DNA of 43,250 nt from Bryobacterales bacterium (lineage in GTDB: Bacteria > Acidobacteriota > Terriglobia > Bryobacterales > Bryobacteraceae), in NCBI GenBank assembly GCA_038215525.1, contig JBBQQS010000001.1:1-43250 (forward strand), written 5' to 3'. The translations under genes were made by a program, and so were the position numbers. Shown here in pieces: positions 37,314 to 43,250 of the stretch (position 1 is the stretch's first letter; every line of letters begins with the position of its first letter). The notes beneath the pieces were generated by a model. It worked only from the letters and a program-made list of their open reading frames with translations. It did not search any database and was not told the origin of the DNA.

Positions 37314-38264
37314 ATGCGCATTGACGAGATCGCCGCCCGCCTCGGCGCACCTTACGAAGGCCCCGCCGACTGGGCTCCCACCGGAGCCGCGACTCTCGAC
37401 GAAGCCGGCCCCACCGAAATCGCCTTCTCTGCCACCGCAGCTTTCACCAGCCAGGCCGGCTGCGTCCTCGCTCCACTCGATGGCCCTGCGCAGCCAAACA
37501 CCCTCATCCGTGTGCCCCAACCACGCACCGCCTTCGCCCAAGTGCTCACCTGGCTCTACCCCTTGCCCACGCCGGCCCCCGGCATTCACCCCACCGCCCA
37601 GATCGGTGCCAGCGCCCACCTCGGCGAGCGAGTCAGCATCGGCCCTTATACGATTGTGGAAGCCCATGCCCACATTGGCGACGACGCCGTCATCGGCCCA
37701 CATTGCCGCATCGGCGCTCACGTGCGCCTGGGTGCCGCGGCCAAGCTGCACTCGAACGTCACCCTTTACCACGATGTCCGCATCGGCCAACGCGCCATCC
37801 TTCATTCGGGCGTAGTCGTCGGCGCCGATGGCTTCGGCTTTGTCTTCGCCGGCGACCACTACGAGAAATTCCCTCAAGTAGGCACCGTCGAACTCGGCGA
37901 CGATGTCGAACTCGGCGCCAACACCTGCGTTGACCGTGCGGCCCTCGGCGTCACCCGCATCGGCGACGGCACCAAGCTCGACAATATGGTCCACATCGCC
38001 CACAATTGCCAAATCGGTAAGCACGTCGTCATCGCCGCCCAAACCGGCTTCGCGGGCGGCGTCACCGTCGGCGATTATGCGGTCATCGGCGGACAAGTGG
38101 GCGTGGGCGATCGCGCCCGCATTGAGTCTCGCGCCATCATCGGCTCCGGCGCCGGCATCCTCAGCAAGAAAGTGGTCCGCGCCGGCGAACCCGTCTGGGG
38201 CACTCCCGCCCGCCCATTGCGCCAATACTTGAGGCAACTGGCGAGCCTCGGGCGCCTCAAATAA
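37314..38264 (+). CDS. lpxD: UDP-3-O-acylglucosamine N-acyltransferase
   Basis: MRIDEIAARLGAPYEG... N-terminal LpxD domain, then hexapeptide repeats (IHPTAQIGASAHLGERVSIGPYTIVEAHAHIGDDAVIG...). GFGF motif (GADGFGFV). Alternative ATG at 37299. Confidence 0.88.
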   Translation: MRIDEIAARLGAPYEGPADWAPTGAATLDEAGPTEIAFSATAAFTSQAGCVLAPLDGPAQPNTLIRVPQPRTAFAQVLTWLYPLPTPAPGIHPTAQIGASAHLGERVSIGPYTIVEAHAHIGDDAVIGPHCRIGAHVRLGAAAKLHSNVTLYHDVRIGQRAILHSGVVVGADGFGFVFAGDHYEKFPQVGTVELGDDVELGANTCVDRAALGVTRIGDGTKLDNMVHIAHNCQIGKHVVIAAQTGFAGGVTVGDYAVIGGQVGVGDRARIESRAIIGSGAGILSKKVVRAGEPVWGTPARPLRQYLRQLASLGRLK

Positions 38265-39336
38265 CGGGCTTCTTGACCTTCAAAATCGCGGCAATCGTCT
38301 TCTCGCGCTCATCGGCCGCCCAGGTGCGCTCAATCTCCGTCTCAGCCATCCCAAACGCTCGCCCGAGCAAGACATAAGCCGGCAGCGCATGCGGCAAGTG
38401 CTTCCAGCGCGCCATCTCGACGAGCGTGTCCCGAGAACGCTCGCGCAGCAGCACCATCAGCTTCGGATCGCGAACCTCCGACAGCGTCAACAACACCTGG
38501 ATCGCCTGCTGCCGATCGCTAAAGTCGAGCGAATGCAGCATCTCCACCATCCAGGTCGGCAGCACCTGCATCTCGGTCGATGGATCGCGCCGCGCCAGGA
38601 CACTAAACGCCGCCAGTGACCGCAGCGCGTTCTCCCGCACCTTCGCCCCGGGGTCCCGCATGGCGAGTTGCAGATCGTCGATCACGGCCCGTTTATCGGT
38701 CACGTAGCCGATCGTATAGGCGGCAATGGCCCGCTCGTCTTCATCGCCTTCTTTTAAGGCCGCGCGCAGGGCGTCCAGGTTGGGGTCCGCCAGTTGGAGC
38801 AGGCGAAGCTGCCAGCCCCGGCTGGTCTCATCCACCAACAACGAATGCCCCCGGCTCCAATCCTCCGCCGACTCACCGCTCCGCACCGCCCCCGTCATCG
38901 CCTCAATCAACTGCCGGTAGGCGCTCGTTATATCGGCCGGCAACAGCGGCACCCCCGATCCGTCAAACGGCGGCCGCACCTCGAAGTGCACCCCGCCCTT
39001 CTCTTCAATCCCCACATACAAAATCGGCCGCCCCGGGCTCGCACAGCAAACCGCCTCCACCCGCGCGGCCACCACCCCGTCAATGTCTTCGAGCTTCTCT
39101 TCGAGGTCCACCCGCGACCCCGGCAGCAGATCGCCCTCCTTCAGCTTGAGCTCGCGCAGCAACCGCTCGGCGCTCAGTTTGCGAACGCCATAGAAGTCAA
39201 TCGCCCCAATCCGCGGCACGGCCAACACGGTCTCCGCCACCTTGGGCGCAGCCACGCCGGGCGACAAGTCCTGAGCCAGCAAGAGCAGTAAGGCAAGCAC
39301 CCCCCCATTATCCGCCCTGCGCCCCTCGCCGCACAC
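38257..39336 (-). CDS. Hypothetical exported protein with a POTRA-like N-terminal segment and HEAT/ARM-like repeats
   Basis: IDFYGVRKLSAERLLRELKLKEGDLL resembles a POTRA domain. DERAIAAYTIGYVTDKRAVIDDLQLAMRDPGAKVRENALRSLAAF is HEAT-like. Convergent 8-nt overlap with the lpxD end. Confidence 0.55.
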   Translation of the reverse strand: MCGEGRRADNGGVLALLLLLAQDLSPGVAAPKVAETVLAVPRIGAIDFYGVRKLSAERLLRELKLKEGDLLPGSRVDLEEKLEDIDGVVAARVEAVCCASPGRPILYVGIEEKGGVHFEVRPPFDGSGVPLLPADITSAYRQLIEAMTGAVRSGESAEDWSRGHSLLVDETSRGWQLRLLQLADPNLDALRAALKEGDEDERAIAAYTIGYVTDKRAVIDDLQLAMRDPGAKVRENALRSLAAFSVLARRDPSTEMQVLPTWMVEMLHSLDFSDRQQAIQVLLTLSEVRDPKLMVLLRERSRDTLVEMARWKHLPHALPAYVLLGRAFGMAETEIERTWAADEREKTIAAILKVKKPVI

Positions 39337-39528
39337 CGGCCTGCCGGGAAGTTAACGGCGTCATAGCGATTTGGCCACAGATGGGCAGTTTCGGACCGGC
39401 TTCCAAAATCTCCCACTCAAAGAGCAGAAATCATCCCTGTAGCATGTTGTTAGGGAAGCACTTAAGGGTAAAACTCCGAGGTATACTGTGAAAAACAGCG
39501 AACTGTGCGAGTTTTTACTTGCACTTTA

Positions 39529-39544
39529 TTAACATATACGTTAA
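39529..39544. promoter_or_regulatory. Inverted repeat TTAAC-ATATAC-GTTAA 14 nt upstream of the toxin start; candidate operator inside an AT-rich promoter region
   Basis: Perfect 5-bp arms with a 6-bp AT-rich spacer. TTGCAC (39519-39524) and TAACTT (39542-47) are spaced 17 bp apart as a weak -35/-10 pair. Confidence 0.35.
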
Positions 39545-39557
39545 CTTGGAAGCGTGA

Positions 39558-39941
39558 ATGCACTCACACATCGCCTACTCTGGCGCCGCGGCGGATGTCG
39601 AATTCGCCATTTGCCTCAACCAGTCCCGCCCGGGACTTGAGTTCTACAATGGCCTCAGCCCCCGCGATCAGGCCAAGGTTCTGAAGCTCTTTCAGTGGCT
39701 GGGCGAGCACGGCTGGATCAAGAACAATGAAAAGTGGAAACCCATTGCGGAAACCGAGTTTTTCGAGTTTAAGAGCTTCCAAGTTCGCCTCCCTTGTTTC
39801 CGGTCGGGAAGTAGAAGATTTGTTATCACCCATGGCTTCATCAAAAAGCAGGACGCCATTGCGCCCAGCGAGATCGAAAGAGCCCAACGAATCAAAAGTG
39901 AGCACGAGCGCATCTCAAAAGCCGCTGGTTTTCATCGATAA
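39558..39941 (+). CDS. higB: HigB/Gp49-like (RelE-superfamily, DUF891/PF05973-type) toxin of the TAC cassette
   Basis: 127 aa. EFYNGLSPRDQAKVLKLFQWL...FFEFKSFQVRLPCFRSGSRRFVITHGFIKKQDAIAPSEIERAQRI follows the Gp49/HigB pattern (ElR..yRi.yf...vllhgF.KK..k.P..ei..A). The toxin-first gene order is typical of higBA. Confidence 0.75.
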   Translation: MHSHIAYSGAAADVEFAICLNQSRPGLEFYNGLSPRDQAKVLKLFQWLGEHGWIKNNEKWKPIAETEFFEFKSFQVRLPCFRSGSRRFVITHGFIKKQDAIAPSEIERAQRIKSEHERISKAAGFHR

Positions 39942-39961
39942 GCATCACGGAGAGCACCCAA

Positions 39962-40402
39962 ATGAAGAATCAGTTTGAACAGTTTAACCAAGACCCTGAG
40001 CGGCAACGGGTATACGAGCAGGAGTCCCTCGCTTTCGAGGCCACCGAAGTGATCTCCGATTTGATGTTGCGGCAAAACGTTAATAAATCGGAGTTGGCGA
40101 AGCGGATCGGCAGGAGCAAAGCTTATGTCACGCAATTGTTGAGCGGTAGTCGCAACATGACTCTGCACACCTTTGCCGATTTGGCTTTTGCCCTGGGCCA
40201 CCGCATTGAGATGTCGCCCGCGTCGCTCAATTCGGTTCGGGCACCGCGGGAAGAAGAGCTTCCGGCGCCGCGGTCTCAACTCGCCCTCGCCCAAGTCTGG
40301 GTCACCGTGGGCCAGAGCCAAGTTGCGACGCCGCAGTGGAAAAGCCAGGGCACCCGTTTTTCGCCGATTCTTCCGCGCTACTCAATCAACGGCGTAGCCT
40401 GA
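39962..40402 (+). CDS. higA: XRE-family HTH antitoxin (HigA-like) with a ~60-aa C-terminal extension
   Basis: The HTH is NKSELAKRIGRSKAYVTQLLSGSRNMTLHTFADLAFALG. GGAG lies 9 nt upstream of the ATG. Residues 85-146 lie beyond the HTH domain. Confidence 0.8.
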   Translation: MKNQFEQFNQDPERQRVYEQESLAFEATEVISDLMLRQNVNKSELAKRIGRSKAYVTQLLSGSRNMTLHTFADLAFALGHRIEMSPASLNSVRAPREEELPAPRSQLALAQVWVTVGQSQVATPQWKSQGTRFSPILPRYSINGVA

Positions 40403-40405
40403 CCC

Positions 40406-40912
40406 ATGATCATCGAACAAGACGCCCAGGAGACCAAGGACTCCTTTGCCTTTCACGCCAATGCAGCCATGCGCGATCTGCGCCTAGCAGAAGGCACTAT
40501 TTGGAGCGCCGGACCTTTCACCGCCGACCTCGCGGAAGCCGGACTGCTCAGCGAGATTCAATTTCGGCCCGGCGAAGCAAAGGCCGCCACGGGATCTGTC
40601 ACGCTCTGCATCGAGTTTCAGTATCGCGCGCTCAACGGCGCGGCGAACGAAGTGGAAGTACTCAAGCTTGGCTGCCGCTTCGAGGTGGAATATGCGCTGC
40701 GGGATGATTTTCATCCCACGCCCGCCCAGGTCCAGGCCTTCCATCGCGGTAACGCCGTCTTCAATTGCTGGCCCTTCTTTCGCGAGTTTGTGCTGAACAC
40801 CACGGTTCGCCTGGCCTATCCGCCGTCATTGATCCCATTTCTGCGCCTGGTGCCCAAACCTACGGCCTCCGCGCCAATCCCCAAGAAGCGGAAAAACCCC
40901 TCCAAGAGTTGA
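40406..40912 (+). CDS. SecB-like chaperone (third component of the toxin-antitoxin-chaperone system)
   Basis: 168 aa, starting 3 nt after the antitoxin stop. LKLGCRFEVEYAL...NAVFNCWPFFREFVLNTTVRLAYPPSLIPFLRL parallels the conserved SecB segment ...[32 protein letters not shown] (E. coli SecB, recalled from memory). Confidence 0.7.
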   Translation: MIIEQDAQETKDSFAFHANAAMRDLRLAEGTIWSAGPFTADLAEAGLLSEIQFRPGEAKAATGSVTLCIEFQYRALNGAANEVEVLKLGCRFEVEYALRDDFHPTPAQVQAFHRGNAVFNCWPFFREFVLNTTVRLAYPPSLIPFLRLVPKPTASAPIPKKRKNPSKS

Positions 40913-41071
40913 CCCCACTGGCCCGCTCCTCGACGGCATATCTTTCCTGGCACTGGATCCGCTACCGGCGCGTAACGGGCGTCAGTATGGCGAAGGCGTG
41001 GCTCGTGCTGCCACCCGTCTTCGTTACTTCCACAAAATCGACGGCCCACCGAGTGCGCTTTTGAACGATGT

Positions 41072-41281
41072 CTACTTCTTGAACAGGTCCAGCTTGCCGA
41101 ATTTCTCGGCCAGTAGGTAATATACGGTCACCCGGCTCTTGTTGTGTTCCGCCTTCATGGCGGTCATGACAGCGACGACCGCGGCGTCGAGATCGGCGTC
41201 GCTCTCGGTGAGGGCGAGTTTTTTCTTGAGGAAACTGCGGCGCGATGCGCTGATAAGATCAGAGATAAGGCCGTAAACTCT
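41072..41281 (-). pseudogene. Truncated DUF2853-like gene (C-terminal half only, no start codon)
   Basis: The open frame RVYGLISDLISASRRSFLKKKLALTESDADLDAAVVAVMTAMKAEHNKSRVTVYYLLAEKFGKLDLFKK is bounded upstream by TGA (complement of 41282-41284). It resembles the second half of ~100-aa DUF2853 proteins (..FLxKKLGL...LDAAI....M.....NK.R...YYLLA..FGK), as I recall them. There is no ATG/GTG/TTG before the internal Met. Confidence 0.45.
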
Positions 41282-41310
41282 TCAGCGATTACTCAACGAC
41301 AAAAAGGACT

Positions 41311-42612
41311 TTGTCTGGGACATCCACACTCGTGGACAGACCAAAGGAACCCGCTATCCGCAAACTTCGTTCCCCCACGCCCGGCCTGCTCGCAGGGCTC
41401 GCCGTTACGCTGTTGGCCGTCATCCTCTATGCGGCGTTCACCATCCGGCAGATCCATACCGTCCAGCAACTCCAAACCGAACTCGTCGAGAGCAACCGTC
41501 GCGATTCGCTGCAATTGTTGCGGATTCAGGACAATCTGCACTCGCTCGGTCTGGTGATTCGCGACCTGCTCGACCAGTCCGAGCCCTATCCCTTAACCGC
41601 TTGGGCCCCGCAGTTCAACCGCATTCGCGAGGACTTGAACGATGCCCTCGCGCGGGCGCGGAAGCCTGCCCAAGCTGAGTATCTCGATCGCTCCGCCCGG
41701 CAATTCTGGATTGCCGTCGATCAGGCCTTTGCTGAGCCTAATGAGGCCCGGGCCCGGCAGCAGTTCCGCGATTCGATCGAGGCCCGCCGGGCGTCGCTTT
41801 CGAACATCGTGGCCCGGCTGCTGGTGCGCAACAACGAGCGCGAGCAGCAGGCCGGCGCGCAAATCAGCGCCATTTACGCGCGGGTCGAGCGCAACGTCTA
41901 TATCTTCCTGGCAGCGATGTTGGCGCTGCTGCTGGCTAGCGGACTCTGGCTCATCGACGCCAACCGCCGGCTTTTCGCCGGCATTACCGATCTCTCGGCA
42001 CAGCGCAGCGAACTCGCCCGCCGGCTGATCGGGACCCAGGAAGACACATTGCGGCACGTGTCCCGGGAACTGCACGACGAGTTCGGCCAAGTGCTCACCG
42101 CGATCGGCGTGATGCTGCAACGCCTGGCGCGGCGCGGTGTCACTCCCGATGACGGCCTGGTGGAGGCGCGGCAGATTACGCAGAATGCCTTGCAGTCGAT
42201 CCGCACCCTGTCGCAGACCTTGCAGCCGGTGCTGCTGCAGGAGCAAGGTTTGCTACCGACCATTGCCTGGTATCTGCCCACCGTGCAAAGGCAGACCGGC
42301 CTCACGATTCACTATCAGCCGCCCCCAGCCTTTGACGTCGACCCGCAGCGCGCCATCCACATCTTCCGCATCCTGCAAGAGGCGCTCAACAACATCGTCC
42401 GCCATGCCGGCGTCGAAGAGGCCTTTGTGCGCATCACCGGAGATCCGTTTACGCTTGAGATAGAGGACCATGGCCGGGGCCTTGCGCCTTCGAAGGCCCC
42501 GGGGATGGGGCTTACGGCGATGCGGGAACGGGCTCAGTTGATCGACGGTAGAATCGAATTCGTAAGCCGTCCACAAGGTGGCACGATCGTCAGACTGCAG
42601 GCTCCTCAATGA
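41311..42612 (+). CDS. Sensor histidine kinase, HisKA_3 (NarX/LiaS/DesK) type
   Basis: Two TM helices flank a ~150-aa extracytoplasmic helical region. H-box LHDEFGQVLTAIG, N-box QEALNNIVRHAG, and G-box GMGLTAMRERA. TTG start with AGGA upstream. Confidence 0.88.
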   Translation: MSGTSTLVDRPKEPAIRKLRSPTPGLLAGLAVTLLAVILYAAFTIRQIHTVQQLQTELVESNRRDSLQLLRIQDNLHSLGLVIRDLLDQSEPYPLTAWAPQFNRIREDLNDALARARKPAQAEYLDRSARQFWIAVDQAFAEPNEARARQQFRDSIEARRASLSNIVARLLVRNNEREQQAGAQISAIYARVERNVYIFLAAMLALLLASGLWLIDANRRLFAGITDLSAQRSELARRLIGTQEDTLRHVSRELHDEFGQVLTAIGVMLQRLARRGVTPDDGLVEARQITQNALQSIRTLSQTLQPVLLQEQGLLPTIAWYLPTVQRQTGLTIHYQPPPAFDVDPQRAIHIFRILQEALNNIVRHAGVEEAFVRITGDPFTLEIEDHGRGLAPSKAPGMGLTAMRERAQLIDGRIEFVSRPQGGTIVRLQAPQ

Positions 42613-43217
42613 TTACCATTCTCCTCGTCGATGACCACGCCCTCGTTCGCCGCGGCTTCCGCCGTTTGATTGAAGACGAGGCCGACTTACGGGTGATCGG
42701 CGAAGCGGGAGATGGCATAGAAGCGGTCGCTTTGGCGACGAGCTTAAAGCCGCAAGTGGTCGTGATGGACTATGCCTTGCCGGGCATTAACGGAGTGTTA
42801 GCGACCCGCCAGATTCTCTCCTCGCAGCCCGATGCGGCGATCCTGATTCTGAGTATGCACACCGAACCGCAGTACGTCGAAAACTCGATCGACGCCGGGG
42901 CGCGCGGGTATTTGATGAAGAACGCGCTGGACCTCGAGTTAGTCGACGCCATCCGCCGATTGGCGAAGGGCGAAAGCCTGATTGACCCGAAACTCACCCC
43001 CGCAGAAGGCAAGCGGCGGGGGCTTACGACGCGCGAGCTCGAAGTATTGCAGCATATCGTCGCCGGTCGCTCGAACAAGGAGATTGCGTACGAACTCGCC
43101 TTGAGCGTCCACACCATCGCGGTCCATCGGGCACACATCATGGACCAGTTAGGCTTGCACAACGCCGCCGAGTTAGTCGCTTACGCCATCCGCAATGGCC
43201 TGGTGACCAATACATGA
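42609..43217 (+). CDS. NarL/LuxR-family response regulator
   Basis: REC domain (ILLVDDHALVRRG...VVVMDYALPGINGV...SMH) plus a LuxR HTH (LTTRELEVLQHIVAGRSNKEIAYELALSVHTIAVHRAHIMDQLG). 4-nt overlap with the kinase gene. Confidence 0.92.
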   Translation: MITILLVDDHALVRRGFRRLIEDEADLRVIGEAGDGIEAVALATSLKPQVVVMDYALPGINGVLATRQILSSQPDAAILILSMHTEPQYVENSIDAGARGYLMKNALDLELVDAIRRLAKGESLIDPKLTPAEGKRRGLTTRELEVLQHIVAGRSNKEIAYELALSVHTIAVHRAHIMDQLGLHNAAELVAYAIRNGLVTNT

Positions 43218-43250
43218 CTCGCCGGCAGTTGTTATTAGCCGCCGCCGCTC
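43214..43250 (+). CDS. 5' end of a gene encoding a protein with a Tat-like signal (partial, continues beyond the window)
   Basis: ATGA overlap with the regulator stop. The first residues are MTRRQLLLAAAA. Confidence 0.4.
   Translation, partial: MTRRQLLLAAAA

Noticed and set aside
36791-38237. ORFs 36791-37324 (+) and 37224-38237 (-), antisense to lpxA and lpxD
   Set aside because: Hexapeptide-repeat genes generate long open antisense frames. The lpxA and lpxD frames carry the characteristic [LIV]-G-x-x-x-x periodicity and terminal domains, and the antisense frames do not.
39381-39491. 36-codon ORF (MGSFGPASKISHSKSRNHPCSMLLGKHLRVKLRGIL) in the TAC leader, considered as a possible fourth small gene like those upstream of some TAC operons
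   Set aside because: It has no ribosome-binding site, an unremarkable composition and no recognisable similarity. It cannot be supported from sequence alone.
40913-41071. The 160-bp spacer after the SecB-like gene, searched for a tRNA/att site, an integrase remnant or a clean terminator
   Set aside because: I found no cloverleaf-compatible sequence and no convincing stem plus U-tract. The only imperfect stem is GCGTGGC...GCCACCC (6 of 7 pairs). There are no direct repeats matching the left boundary of the islet.
41144-41557. 137-aa + strand ORF spanning the DUF2853 fragment and the 5' end of the kinase gene
   Set aside because: It is antisense to the DUF2853-like frame and out of frame with the kinase. 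The translation is Arg/Ser/Pro-rich without motifs.
1-43250. Whole-window scan for CRISPR arrays, rRNA/tRNA genes, IS elements, integrases, and retron/DGR-type reverse transcriptases
   Set aside because: I saw no regularly spaced repeats, no RNA-gene-like intergenic regions (all spacers are 222 bp or shorter), and no ORF with transposase, integrase or RT motifs.

Overview
This is a densely coding, high-GC window (over 60% outside a few dips) with about 42 genes. I saw no rRNA, tRNA, CRISPR array, transposase or integrase. The gene content suggests an Acidobacteriota-like chromosome, because it includes a CarboxypepD_reg-type TonB receptor, a DUF1501 protein and many twin-arginine signal peptides; this is inference only. 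Contents in order: a partial gdh; two exported hypotheticals; and a periplasmic formate dehydrogenase operon fdnG-fdnH-fdnI ... fdhE. FdnG contains an in-frame TGA (selenocysteine) that the ORF track splits into two ORFs, and a vapBC toxin-antitoxin pair is wedged between fdnI and fdhE. Next come a methyltransferase, tatA-tatC, DUF1501, several exported or membrane hypotheticals, a GNAT, htpX and a Gfo/Idh/MocA oxidoreductase. These are followed by an RND efflux operon (PDZ-like protein, MFP, RND pump), a GHL6-type glycosidase-like gene next to a TonB-dependent receptor, ugd, an MFS transporter, DUF3817, an esterase, a hybrid histidine kinase and an Fe-ADH. lpxA and lpxD sit head to head, followed by a POTRA/HEAT-like protein. 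The window ends with a HisKA_3 kinase/NarL-type regulator pair. The most interesting locus is a lower-GC islet at about 39.4-41.3 kb. It carries a three-gene toxin-antitoxin-chaperone (TAC) cassette: a HigB/Gp49-like toxin, an XRE antitoxin with a long C-terminal tail, and a SecB-like chaperone. A truncated DUF2853 gene lies next to it. All functional calls come from motif recognition by eye, and no database search was run.
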